64,000 nucleotides of DNA from Eledone cirrhosa (Eukaryota): assembly GCA_964016885.1 (NCBI GenBank), contig OZ024755.1:33728001-33792000 (forward strand), in the 5' to 3' direction. The translations under genes and the position numbers were made by a program. Below are positions 50,780-62,988 of the stretch, one piece after another. The notes beneath the pieces are model-generated. The model was not told the origin of the DNA and searched no databases. It saw nothing but the letters and a program-made list of their open reading frames with translations. Each line of letters begins with the position of its first letter. The first letter of the stretch is position 1.

Positions 50780-52415
50780 ATCGTCAGAAAACAGCACAGC
50801 TCCTATGACTTTTGGGAACATTTTATCACACTCAGAGTTGCTGAGGCATGGAACAAACTACCTGCATCAGTTATTAGTTGTTGAGACACTGCATCCTTTA
50901 AAACCTCCATGGAGCAAACTACCTGCATCAGTTATTAGTTGTTGAGACACTGCATCCTTTAAAACCTCCATGGAGGAAACTACCTGCATCAGTTATTAGC
51001 TGTCAAGACACTGCATCTTTAAAATGAAATTTGTATTTGAGACACTGCATCCTTTAAAACCTCCATGGAGGAAACTACCTGCATCAGTTATTAGCTGTCA
51101 AGACACTGCATCTTTAAAATGAAATTTGTATTTGAGACACTGCATCCTTTAAAACCTCCATGGAGGAAACTACCTGCATCAGTTATTAGCTGTCAAGACA
51201 CTGCATCTTTAAAATGAAATTTGTATTTGAGACACTGCATCCTTTAAAACCTCCATGGAGGAAACTACCTGCATCAGTTATTAGCTGTCAAGACACTGCA
51301 TCTTTAAAATGAAATTTGTATTTGAGACACTGCATCCTTTAAAACCTCCATGGAGGAAACTACCTGCATCAGTTATTAGCTGTCAAGACACTGCATCTTT
51401 AAAATGAAATTTGTATTTGAGACACTGCATCCTTTAAAACCTCCATGGAGGAAACTACCTGCATCAGTTATTAGCTGTCAAGACACTGCATCTTTAAAAT
51501 GAAATTTGTATTTGAGACACTGCATCCTTTAAAACCTCCATGGAGGAAACTACCTGCATCAGTTATTAGTTGTTGAGACACTGCATCCTTTAAAACCTCC
51601 ATGGAGGAAACTACCTGCATCAGTTATTAGCTGTCAAGACACTGCATCTTTAAAATGAAATTTGTATTTGAGACACTGCATCCTTTAAAACCTCCATGGA
51701 GGAAACTACCTGCATCAGTTATTAGTTGTTGAGACACTGCATCCTTTAAAACCTCCATGGAGGAAACTACCTGCATCAGTTATTAGCTGTCAAGACACTG
51801 CATCTTTAAAATGAAATTTGTATTTGAGACACTGCATCCTTTAAAACCTCCATGGAGCAAACTACCTGCATCAGTTATTAGTTGTTGAGACACTGCATCC
51901 TTTAAAACCTCCATGGAGCAAACTACCTGCATCAGTTATTAGCTGTCAAGACACTGCATCCTTTAAAATGAAATTTGTATTTGAGACACTGCATCCTTTA
52001 AAACCTCCATGGAGCAAACTACCTGCATCAGTTATTAGCTGTCAAGACACTGCATCCTTTAAAATGAAATTTGTATTTGAGACACTGCATCCTTTAAAAC
52101 CTCCATGGAGCAAACTACCTGCATCAGTTATTAGCTGTCAAGACACTGCATCCTTTAAAATGAAATTTGTATTTGAGACACTGCATCCTTTAAAACCTCC
52201 ATGCTTCCTGAAATTCACCAACACTACGTCTGCTATCTCCCCTCCATAAACATGTATGAATCATAATATACATGTGAACACATGTGTATCATGACTCATA
52301 CACTGTTCAATTTTCTGACATTTGTACATTATTCTATATACTATACATGCACCTTTGATGAGTTGTAGTGCACCTGAGTACTGTACACAACGATTTCATT
52401 ATTATTATTTATTAT
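50780..52415 (+). mobile_element. CR1-like LINE 3' end containing a 1.35-kb array of 61-bp and 95/96-bp units
   Basis: FITLRVAEAWNKLPASVISC..DTASFKTSMLPEI. Array at 50855-52203, then 3'UTR and an (att)n tail. Confidence 0.7.
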
Positions 52416-52422
52416 TATGATA

Positions 52423-52610
52423 GGCGGTGAATTGGCAGTATCGGTAGAGGGTCGGACGCCATGCTTTCTAGCATAGTTACGTCCCTTTACATCTGAGTTC
52501 AAATCCTGCCGAGGTTAACTTTGCCTTTCATCCTTACGGGGTCGATAAAATAAAGTACCAGTAATGTACTGGGTAATTGCTGCCCTTGTGCCTAAAGTAG
52601 AAACAATTAT
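52423..52610 (+). mobile_element. SINE family A
   Basis: Consensus match, inserted in the (att)n tail of a CR1-like element. Confidence 0.85.
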
Positions 52611-52767
52611 TTATTATTATGATAACATAGTATAGCATATATAGATCTAAAGTGGTTATCTTCAGTGATCAGAAAGGGCAAGTTTCTGTGGGTATTTTGC
52701 CACAATTAATCAAACTCTTTCTGCTACAAACACCAAACTTCTTTTCAGTATTCAATGGACACGAAAA

Positions 52768-52999
52768 TTAACCCTTTAGCATTTACATTACTCTATATAT
52801 ATACTATTGTATTTTTGCGGTAAAGTCTTTATCTCACAAAATATCGAATCTATGAGATTTTGATGATGATATTTATTTTGAGAACGATACCTTAATGTTT
52901 TGTATGAGCAGCTGCTTGTAGCTAGTTACATCTGGTTTGAACAGAAAAGGGTGAGGGGATTCTGGCCAGTTACGGCTGGTTTAAATGCTAAAGGGTTAA
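52768..52999 (-). mobile_element. piggyBac-like MITE, same family
   Basis: Both TIRs and TTAA are intact. Confidence 0.85.
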
Positions 53000-53574
53000 G
53001 TCAGATATAATTTCACTAAGTGACTAACTTCAAATAGTTAGACAGATAGATATATTTTAATGGTAGTAGTGGTGGTGGTGGTGGTGGTGATGATGGGGAG
53101 TGTGGTGGTGATGATGGTGGTAGAGATGATGATGGTGAATTAAAATAAGATGTAAAGTATTTGTATTCATATTTTACTAATGGTGTTGTGATATGTCTTC
53201 TTATCTCTGTCTCTCCAGTTGAATTTGGATATCAAAATCTGGTTGGCTTGTTGATGTAATATCAATTGTTCTGACGAATGAATAGGCAATTAGTTTATAG
53301 AAGTCATTTCAAATCTAACTAAAGCTGACTTTATCTTATCTGTATTCTATCATACGGCTATGAAACCTGCCACAAATAGAATCAACAGGGGAAACAATTA
53401 TACCCATTAATTATAAAGATTAATTCAAGTATAATTAGTAAGGTAGTCAAGGAGATTAAGGCAGAGAAATGTGCAAGTCCTTGAAGAGTAGATGCTGAGA
53501 ATATGTAAATACTATGTTAGTTATTACTTTAATTAGGTTGTTGCTATTAATGTTCTTTAGCCTCTGGTGAGCTT

Positions 53575-54018
53575 GTTGTCGTATCCAGAGCTTGATTAGA
53601 TGTGGTTCCACCACAGCTGAACACATTGCTGTCCTTTCTCATTAAACTCTGCCAAGTCCAATGCTGTGTAGGGGTTTTCCAGCAGGGGGCATATCAGGAG
53701 GTGTTGCGTAGTCGGTGGTTCGATGCCACAGTCACACAAAACGTCCCCATCCTTTAAATATCCCCATTTTGCAAGAGTGACTTTTGCACATTCAGTACAG
53801 TTGTTAGAATTAGTGGCTATAAGACATAGTGTATCTAGGACTACATTATCTAATGTACAGTTATTTTTCTTGTCATGTCCACAAGATTGTCGGTTACAAA
53901 GCTTGGCTAGATGTGGTTCCACCACAGCTGAACACATTGCTATCCTTTCTCATTAAACTATGCCAAGTCCAATGATGTGTAGGGGTGTTCTAGCAGGGGG
54001 CATATCAGGAGGTGTTGC
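53575..54018 (-). mobile_element. Vingi/Ingi-like LINE 3' end, partly duplicated
   Basis: KWGYLKDGDVLCDCGIEPPTTQHLLICPLL (C-terminal CCHC-type knuckle). The end of the element is repeated at 53860-54018. Confidence 0.65.
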
Positions 54019-54229
54019 ACCTTTTTTCTATTCAAACTGGTTGTAACCAGCCACTCCTACTGATGTTAAGGTATTGTTCTCAAAATAAATAATATCAAAA
54101 TGTCATAGATTCGTTATTATGTGAAATAATTATGTGAGGTAAAGCCTTTACTGTGAAAATATAATAGTAAATATAGAGTTAATAAAGGGTTAATTTTTAA
54201 ATTTCAGAAGGTTGTGTCTCAGATGTATA

Positions 54230-54490
54230 ACAATTGTTTCTAGTTTTGGCACAAGACCAGCAATTATCCCAGTGCTTTATTTTATCGACCCCATAAGTAT
54301 GAAAGGCAGAGTTAACCTCGACAGGATTTGAACTCAGACCGTAAAGGGGCATAACTATATGCTGATGTGTAATAATTGTTTCTACCTTTGGCACAAGGCC
54401 AGCGTTTATCCCAGTGTATTACTGGTACTTTATTTTATCGACCCCGTAAAGATGAAAGGCAAAGTTAACCTCGGCAGGATTTGAACTCAG
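54230..54490 (-). mobile_element. Two truncated SINE A copies
   Basis: Consensus matches. Confidence 0.75.
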
Positions 54491-54627
54491 CTGATGTGTA
54501 ATAATATAGAATGGTGAGCAATAGTAATTTAACTTGTTTATACCAACCAAGGAAAGTAAATTAACATAGACATTAAAAGGATGTTGGTGATGATGGGGAT
54601 GTTGGTAAAGTCAGCTGTGGTCTAGGG

Positions 54628-54943
54628 CAGGGGTTCTCAACCTGGTCCACGTGGACCACTAGTGGTCCACAGGAAAATTCAATAGCAAATTCTTTTTTGA
54701 TCCCTGCTTTTGACTTAAAGCGCTGTTCTTATTCTTCGCATAAGTACGACTTCAGCTGTTTATTTGTGTAGAGTTTTAGGCACTGCGACATGATAATAGC
54801 ATTTTCTAATTCATTGAAAAAAAACATCTACTGATGCTTATAAGTAGCAGTTCTATTACAAAAGATTTTAAAGTTTAGGTGGTCCACAGGAAAAAATTAC
54901 TTATTTTGGTGGTCCACAGCGAAAAAAAGGTTGAGAACCCCTG
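54628..54943. mobile_element. hAT (Charlie/Buster-type) MITE
   Basis: TIR caggggttctcaacct/aggttgagaacccctg; 8-bp TSD gtctaggg/acctaggg with central TA. Confidence 0.85.
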
Positions 54944-55019
54944 ACCTAGGGAATATGGATGACACATCAATTGAATTTACCAATTAAAAAATATAAAATA
55001 TAATATTCGATTTATTGTA

Positions 55020-55430
55020 AAATATTCAAGTGTGTTTTGTGGTTATGAAAACGGTAAAGGAAAGGCTCTAGGGTCATAGAAGAATGGGGAGGGGGACAAG
55101 GGAGAGTGGTGGGTTCTAGGCCTAGGGCACAGTGTATTGGGGCTGCACCCCGCAGACAAGATCTCAAAAGCATTCCTGCGGACAATGGCCAACGACACCT
55201 GCTGCAACAGCCACCCAACCATGTAGGGCTCCTTCCTCAGATGGGCTGTTGACGTTCTGATCTTGTGGAGGAGCTCGGCAGTATGGGGTCCAAGTACGCC
55301 AGGGGGTCTCGATGGCAATCGGTGCCAAGATGAAGCAACTGGACAATCCTCGTATTTGTTGATAAAATTGTGTGTTTATTTAGTTCTTCTTCCCAGCAAC
55401 ACGCTCCACACCTGTGTGCCATGACTGATG
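55020..55430 (-). mobile_element. CRE-like non-LTR element 3' remnant
   Basis: FILAPIAIET/GVLGPHTAELL...LLQQVSLAIVRRNAFEILSA. Confidence 0.65.
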
Positions 55431-55535
55431 ATGACACAAATTATCAGAAAAGTTAAGCAGTTTATAAATCTTAAATTTAAATCTAATTTCAAAGAGAAGA
55501 GATCGGAACATTTTTCTCTGAGAGTTCTTTATACT

Positions 55536-55572
55536 CTGAAGAAGGGAATCTAAAGCCCTGAAATATTAGGAC
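55536..55572 (+). ncRNA. Degenerate hammerhead core (homolog on the minus strand at about 43745-43780)
   Basis: CTGAAGA-aggg(aatctaaag)ccct-GAAA-tattaggac. Stems I and III are not convincing. Downstream attaccagg..aact is shared with the 43690-43790 copy. Confidence 0.35.
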
Positions 55573-56107
55573 AAAAAAAATAACAAAAAAAAAGATTACC
55601 AGGCAACTAACTCTTTTGTTACCTTCATCTACCTTCCATTTTACATTGTTTAACCTTCTTACATAGACCACTTTCCACATTATATATCATATACAATGCT
55701 TCAAACTACAACATTTTATTAGAAAAGTTAATGTTTTTTTATATAAAGAACTTCAAAAAGATTCTGAAAATAAATGAAAGTTTACCTCACTTAACACTTT
55801 GAACAAGAGTTGCTGAATTATCAGCTAAGATGTTAGAGTATCAACAATATAAGCAGCTTATCTATTGACTGACCATTATCCTAGTTTATTAGAAAATCAC
55901 TGAGCTATTTTCTGGCCAATCAGAGGCATCATCTCATGCCATTTATGGCTCAAATGACCATGGGAAGCATGACTGTGTTTGTGTGAATCTGAATCACCAA
56001 AATTGGTCCATAGAAAGCTATCAGCTAATAAGGTAATAGCCTAAATATATATATATATATATATATACAATATTAACAAATGGAAACTATATTTATAAAA
56101 CCATATT

Positions 56108-56172
56108 TATTTCATTATACATATTTCAAGGACACCAAGTTAAATTATGGTGTGCTTTCATCAGATAAAATA
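56108..56172 (-). ncRNA. Type I hammerhead (family H2), left arm of inverted repeat
   Basis: Reverse complement of 56535-56599. Confidence 0.8.
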
Positions 56173-56534
56173 TAATATAGAGCAGTTTTATAAATAAATA
56201 TTGACATACCCTTAAAGAATGCAACCATTACTGTTGGAAGCTCCCGGATAGTGGGGTTATAACTTTATTTATACTATTATGTAAATTAGTTTCGGATATT
56301 TTTAAATCAGAGTAGATTTAAATAAGCCGTTGGGTTATGGAAAAAGAGAGAGAAAAAAGAGAAAAAAGAAAAACCAACGGCTTATTTAAATCTACTCTGA
56401 TTTAAAAATATCTGAAACTAATTTACATAATAGTATAAATAAAGTTATAACCCCACTATCCGGGAGCTTCCAACAGTAATGGTTGCATTCTTTAAGGGTG
56501 TGTCAATATTTATTTATAAAACTGCTCTATATTA

Positions 56535-56599
56535 TATTTTATCTGATGAAAGCACACCATAATTTAACTTGGTGTCCTTGAAATATGTATAATGAAATA
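56535..56599 (+). ncRNA. Type I hammerhead (family H2), right arm of inverted repeat
   Basis: tattttat-CTGATGA-aagcacacca(taatttaact)tggtgtcctt-GAAA-tatgta-TA-atgaaata. Confidence 0.8.
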
Positions 56600-56726
56600 A
56601 ATATGGTTTTATAAATATAGTTTCCATTTGTTAATATCGTATTTTTACTCCAATTATTTGTTGAGTGCTTTATATCAGTTATAAAAATATTTGCTTGTTG
56701 TATCCCAACAATTTAAATAGAACTTT

Positions 56727-56793
<67 letters not shown>

Positions 56794-56879
56794 ATATATA
56801 TATTTTAGAAATAACTCTAAAATTTATTTATGCTAAAAACTGTATAAACATGATACTATTTCCAGTAATAATAATAATA

Positions 56880-57280
56880 ATAATTGTTTCCACTTTTAGC
56901 ACAAGGCCAGCAATTACCCAGTGTATTACTGGTACTTTATTTTATCGACTCCGTAAGGATGAAAGGCAAAGTTAACCTCGGCGGGATTTGAACTCAGAAT
57001 GGCAAGGGCCGTAACTCTATGCGTCAAAGCAAGGCTCCGACCCTCTACCGATACTGCCAATTCACCGCCCCCATAATAATAATAATAATAATAATTGTTT
57101 CTACTTTAGGCACAAGGCCAGCAATTACCCAGTACATTACTGGTACTTTATTTTATTGACCCCGTAAGGATGAAAGGCAAAGTTAACCTCGGCGGGATTT
57201 GAACTCAGACTGTAAAGGGACGTAACTATGCTAGAAAGCATGGCGTCCAACCCTCTACCGATACTGCCAATCTGCTGCCC
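56880..57280 (-). mobile_element. Two tandem SINE A copies
   Basis: 56880-57070 and 57092-57280. Confidence 0.85.
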
Positions 57281-57299
57281 TTTAATAATAATAATGACA

Positions 57300-57552
57300 A
57301 CTGTAATGACGGCAATAATTTAAAAAAAAAAGGGAAACAGAAGGAAAGAAAGAATATGGAAATATAGAGAAAAAAGACAGAAGAAAACGAACGGAGAGGA
57401 GAAGGGGTGGCAAGAGTTCTGGTGTCACAGAAGAGAGGGAAGGGGTGAAGGGGAGGGGTGAAGGGGAGGGTGATTGGGCTTTGGGCCTAAGCCAAGAGGT
57501 GCAAAAGTGCTGCACACCGCGGACAAGACGGCAAAAGCCTTCCCACGGACGC
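57300..57552 (-). mobile_element. CRE-like element 3' end and 3'UTR
   Basis: VRGKAFAVLSAV, then a 3'UTR holding a single copy of the 39-bp minisatellite unit. Confidence 0.6.
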
Positions 57553-57824
57553 TGATTGTGGTGAGGAGAGTGGAGGGGTTATACTTACAGTTAAGGTGAA
57601 AATGTTTCTGAACAAAGAGATGAGGATGATGGTGTGTTTTCTATGTTATATGGCTAAGATTTACAAGTATAACAATATTTTGAAACACAAGGTTGGTGAG
57701 GAATTAAAGTTTGATCCAGACATCAAATATAGAGGCCAAAAACAGTAATTAAACTTGATTTTGTTACAATCAATTAATAATATTAATTGGCAACATTGGT
57801 GAAGGAAGCATCAGACAACATACT

Positions 57825-58000
57825 TTATGGCATAGAGTTACGTCCCTTTGCGATCTGATTTCAAATCCTGCTCAGGTTAACTTTGCTGTTCATCCTTATG
57901 GGGTCAATAAACTAAAGTACCAGTAATGCACTGAGATTGATTTAATTGACTTTCCTTCCCCCAAAATTGTTGGCCTTGTGCCTAAATCAGAAACCAATAT
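57825..58000 (+). mobile_element. SINE A, long-tail variant
   Basis: Diverged consensus match. Confidence 0.7.
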
Positions 58001-58270
58001 TAGAACATGCTATAACCAAGTGAATCCAACATGTTAGAAAGACTACTGATAATTATATTGCCGGGAAAGTATATGAGAGAAAGACTGGGCATTTAACATC
58101 TGAAATATTGTGAGGAACTCACAGTATTTAGTTATATTTTTTTACATTCAGGGTTCATATCTTAATGAGGCGGACATAGTTCTTTTTCCTTCTGGGAATG
58201 ATAAATCATCAATCAAGTACTGAAGGTCAATTTACTCAACTCTTTTGTGGCTTTATGTTAGAAAGATTGA

Positions 58271-58566
58271 TTAACCCTTTAGCATTTAAACTGGCTGTAT
58301 CCAGCCAGAATTCTCTCACCTCTTTCTGTTGAAACTGGCTGTATCCGGGCAGGATTCTCTCACCTCTTTCTGTTCAAACTGGCTGTATCTGGCCAGAATT
58401 CTCGCACCTCTTTCCGTTCAACCCGGGCGTAACTAGCCACTCATACTGATGTTAAGTTATTGTTCTCAAAATAAATAATATCAAAATCTCATAGATTCAA
58501 TATTATGTGAAAAAACAGTGAAAAAATAATAGTAAATATAGAGTAATGTAAATGCTAAAGGGTTAA
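58271..58566 (+). mobile_element. piggyBac-like MITE (TTAA TSD; TIR CCCTTTAGCATTTA)
   Basis: ttaa-ccctttagcattta ... taaatgctaaaggg-ttaa, with an internal ~46-bp unit triplicated. Confidence 0.85.
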
Positions 58567-58884
58567 AGTTTATGATATTTAGATTCCCCAACATTCCAAG
58601 TTCAAATAGCACAACTGATATTGTCTTTATATTTCAGCCCTGAAAGTTGAGCCTGATAAATTAGTAACAGTAATTTGCTGGGGTTGATTTAGGGGATTTT
58701 ATCATTTCTGTCCTAATTTAGGAAATATAAACAATTAATAGTATTAATAGTGGCATTAAATTACTCTTAGCTACAAATATCAGACGATTTACAGTGGAAA
58801 GGCAATTAGTATATTTTATTATAGAATTTGATAGAAGTTTCCAACTAAATGAAGTAAAAGTGACAACAGTATCACTAACAGGAA

Positions 58885-59570
58885 GAATAATAACAATAAC
58901 AATAAACAGAATTACTTCACCAGAAGGAGGAGGAGGAGGAGGAGGAGGAGGAGAAAAAGAAGAAGAGAAAGGAGAAGGTAACAACGTAGAAGGCTAAGAA
59001 GAAGAAGGAAAAGAAGAAGAAGGCAAAGAAAAAGAAAAAAGAACAACATCAACAGCAACAAACAAACAAGAAAAATCACAATAATAAAAATGGTGACAAG
59101 AAAACAAAAGCGGAAACAAAGAAATAAGAGAAGAAAAAGAAAACAAAAGAAAAAAAAATAAGAAAAGAAAGAAAAAAAATTCAAACTGTGATATTAATGG
59201 TGAAGGAGAAGGAAGAGAGTAAAAGAGAAGCTTGGGAAATGATGGGGAAGAAATGGTATTGACTTTCTTTACTTAAAATCTTCCACCTAATGTCAAAGTA
59301 CTAATGACAATAAATCATCACCTTGCTTTTCTTTTTCAAATACTTTCTCACTTTGGTTTATTAGTATTGTTTTATTTTATTTGCTTCATACTTTTTTTTA
59401 TATTTTTTTTGTTTTATGTTCTTTATATTATTATTTTTTTTTATTTGTTTCATACTTTTTATGTATTCTTATATAATTTTATAGTATTTTATTTTATTTG
59501 TGCTTTTTATGTGATTTTTTTTTTATATTATTATTTTATAGTATTTTATTTCATTTATTTATTTTATTTT
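58885..59570. repeat. Low-complexity A-rich then T-rich tracts
   Basis: (gga)n, (aag)n and (ttta)n. Confidence 0.85.
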
Positions 59571-60067
59571 TGGAGGCGGGCGGGAGAGAGAGAGAGAGAA
59601 ATGAGCAAGTTGACCAGTGCAGCTTTAGTTTGTGGCAAGATGTTTAATTAATACTTCACAGTCGATTTGGTGAAATAATTTATAGCTTGGAAAAGCATTA
59701 AGAATACAACAACAACAACAACAACAATATTGATAGGAACGACAACGATAATAAAATAATAAAAATAATAAAAATAGAATACTGATAATAATAATCATCA
59801 TAAAATCAAAATTTTAAAAGTAAAGTCTGTATTGTTAGCTTCAAGATTTATTTCAAGGCCTAATTAAATGACTAGAGAAGGTGTGAAACCCTCCCCTCAA
59901 TAAAAAACTTGCTGCTGTTTTATAATAATAATAATAATTATAGTAGTTGTTATTGTTACTGTTATTATTTATTGTTATTATTACTGTTATTATTATTACT
60001 GAGGTCAGCTCTCACAACCTCTGCCCAGGTCTTTCTTGGTCTACCTCTACTGCATTTTCCTTCCACT

Positions 60068-61105
60068 TGGCAGTATCGGTAGAGAGTCGGACGCCATGCT
60101 TTCCAGCATAGTTACGTCCCTTTATGATCTGAGTTCAAATCCCTCCGAGGTTGACTTTGCCTTTCATCCTTACGGGGTCGATAAAATAAAGTACCAGTAA
60201 TACACTGGGGTGGTTGCTGGCCTTGTGCCTAACGTAGAAACAATTATTACTGTTACTACTAGGGCAGTAGATTGGCAGTATCGGTAGAGGGTCGGATGCC
60301 ATGCTTTGCTGCATAGACTTACGTCCCTTTACGGTCTGAGTTCAAATCCCGTCGAGGTTAACTTTGCCTTTCATCCTTACGGGGTCGATAAAATAAAGTA
60401 CCAGTAATACACTGGGGTAATTGCTGGCCTTGTGCCAAAAAGTAGAAACAATTATTACTATTATTATTACTGCTACTTAGGGCGGTGGATTGGCAGTATC
60501 GCTAGAGAGTCGGACGCCATGCTTTGTAGCATAGAGTTACGTCCCTTTATGATCCGAGTTCAAATCCCGCCGAGGTTAACTTTGTCTTTTATCCTTACGG
60601 GGTCATTAAAATAAAGTACCAGTAATACACTGGGGTAATTGCTGGTCTTGTGCCTAAAGTAGAAACAATTATTATTGTTGCTAGCAGGTGGTCGTGGAGG
60701 TGTCACGGCAAAAAAGCACCCAGCCCACACTGTAAAGTGGACGTGTAGGCGCCACGAAAAAGCACCCGGCACTCACTGTAAATGAGGTTGGTGTTAGGAA
60801 GGGCATCCAGCTGTAGAAATCAAGCCAGAATTAGTTCCTGTATGAGCAAGGCATGGTCAGCTGACCAGACACTGCCCACAACAGGACAACCCGTCTAACC
60901 CATGCTAGCGTGGAAGAACGGACGTAAAACGGTGATGATGATGATGATCACTTATTATTATTCCAGCATAGTTACGTCCCTTTATGATCTGAGTTCAAAT
61001 CCCGCCGAGGTTGACTTTGCCTTTCATCCTTACGGGGTCGATAAAATAAAGTACCAGTAATGCACTGGGTGATTGCTGGCCTTGTGCCTAAAGTAGAAAC
61101 AATTA
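60068..61105 (+). mobile_element. Head-to-tail pile-up of four SINE A copies plus an RTE 3'UTR/SINE B tail (60688-60948)
   Basis: 60068-60245, 60262-60455, 60480-60670 and 60961-61105. Confidence 0.85.
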
Positions 61106-61159
61106 TTGTTGTTATTACTATTATTATTACTGCTATTGTTGTTATTATCACTGTTGTTA

Positions 61160-61520
61160 AGGTGGATGAATGTGGTGAGAATGGACGATGTGAATGGGCC
61201 TACTCCGACCATGCGCCTATAGGCTAGCTAACTTGAGGAGAGGGGTGCTCTCCCTGGGTGCCCTAGAAGCGCAGGGTGGATCAGGTCAGGATTGGTGGGG
61301 TACCCGAGTCACCCCTGGCCTGTCTACCCCCTATCGGGGAATTTATTTTGTTATATATATTTATGCATAGTTTATTTTATATTTGTATATCTTCATTGTT
61401 AAATTAGTCTTGCCATTGTGCACTTTTAATCGACCTTATTGTAACCCCCCCCCCCCACTGTCCCTGTCTTTGTATTGTCCTCTACATGTCAGCACTTGTG
61501 GCTAATAAATGAAATCATTG
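61160..61520 (+). mobile_element. Probable LINE 3' end and 3'UTR
   Basis: GC-rich island ending in a C-run, aataaa and an (att)n tail; family uncertain. Confidence 0.35.
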
Positions 61521-61695
61521 TTATTATTATTGTCATCTCAAATCGACGTTGTTAAAATGGAAGTTTTAGAGCTGCTACAGGAATATAATAGGTGAGAAGA
61601 ATGTCAAGGAAGCTGAGCAAGAGAGAAACGTTTTGATTGGCTATTTTAATGGAATGTCTCACTAAAGCAACTTTATTTTTTACAAACTTCTCCAA

Positions 61696-62965
61696 GTGTG
61701 TATATGTGTGCGGCTGTACGTGTGTGTGTACATGCGTATGTATGTGTGTGTGTGTGTGAACGTATGTGTGCAAGCATGTGCATGTGTGTGTGTGTATGTG
61801 TGCATGCATGCGTTATATGTGTGTGTGGGTGTATGTGTGCGCGTCTATGTGTGCGTGTGTGTGTGTGCATACATATATGTGCATGTGTATTCCTGCCTGC
61901 ATACATATATATATATGGGTGTGTTTATGTGTGCGTGTGTATGTGTGCGCGTCTATGTGTGCGTGTGTATCTGTGTGTATGTGTGCATGCATGCGTTATA
62001 TATGTGTGTGTGGGTGTATGTGTGCGTGTGTGTGTGTGCGTACATATATGTGCATGTGTATGCCTGCCTGCATACATATATATATGGGTGTGTTTATGTG
62101 TACGCATCTATGTGTGCGTGTGTATGTGTGCGCGTCTATGTGTGCGTGTGTATGTGTATGTGTGCATGCATGCGTTATATGTGTGTGTGGGTGTATGTGT
62201 GCGCGTCTATGTGTGCGTGTGTGTGTGTGCGTACATATATGTGCATGTGTATGCCTGCCTGCATACATATATATATGGGTGTGTTTATGTGTGCGCGTCT
62301 GTGTGTGCGTGTGTATGTGTGTGTATGTGTGCGCGTCTATGTGTGCGTGTGTATGTGTGTGTATGTGTGCGCGTCTATGTGTGCGTGTGTATGTGTGCAT
62401 ACATATATGTGCATGTGTATGCCTGCCTGCATATATATATATATGGGTGTGTTTATGTGTGCATGTCTATGCATGTGTGTATGTGTGCCTGTGTATGTGT
62501 GTGTATATGTGTGCATATGTATGTGTGAGTGTCTATGTGTGTGTGTGTGTGTGTGTATGTGTGTATATGTGTATATGTGTATATGTCCAAGCATGTGTGC
62601 ATGCATATGTGTGTATGCATGTGTGTGTGCGTAGGTGTGTATGTGTGAATGTGTATATGTCCAAGCATATGTGTATGCATGTGTGTGTGCGTAGGTGTGT
62701 GTGTGTATGTGTGTATATGTGTATATGTCCAAGCATATGTGTGCATGCATATGTGTGTGCGCGTAGGTGTGTATGTGTATGTGTGTATGTGTGTATATGT
62801 CCAAGCATATGTGTGCATGCATATGTGTGTGTGCCTAGGTGTGTATGTGTATGTGTGTATGTGTGCATGTCTATATGTCCAAGCATGTGTGTACATGTAT
62901 ATGCATGCATGTGTATGTGTCCGTGCGTATGAGTACATATGTGTCTATGTACACGTGTGTTTGTG
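61696..62965. repeat. (TG)/(TA)/(CG) compound repeat with higher-order units
   Basis: Recurring gcctgcctgcatac, gcgcgtctat and tgtccaagcat. Confidence 0.9.
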
Positions 62966-62988
62966 AGGGTATATCACTGGGTGGTATC

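Larger units (their letters stand above)
56066..56730. mobile_element. Penelope-like element terminal fragment with 268-bp inverted repeat, in a (TA)n tract
   Basis: Arms 56066-56333 and 56374-56641 are near-perfect reverse complements separated by a 40-bp purine spacer. Each arm holds a hammerhead; (TA)n lies on both sides. Confidence 0.7.

Noticed and set aside
55910-55925. CCAAT box (ggccaatcag) as a promoter
   Set aside because: A single short motif with no supporting start-site evidence.
61696-62966. Cys/Val- or His/Thr-rich ORFs, and all YI, poly-M/V and poly-I/T ORFs elsewhere
   Set aside because: Dinucleotide and trinucleotide repeat artefacts.
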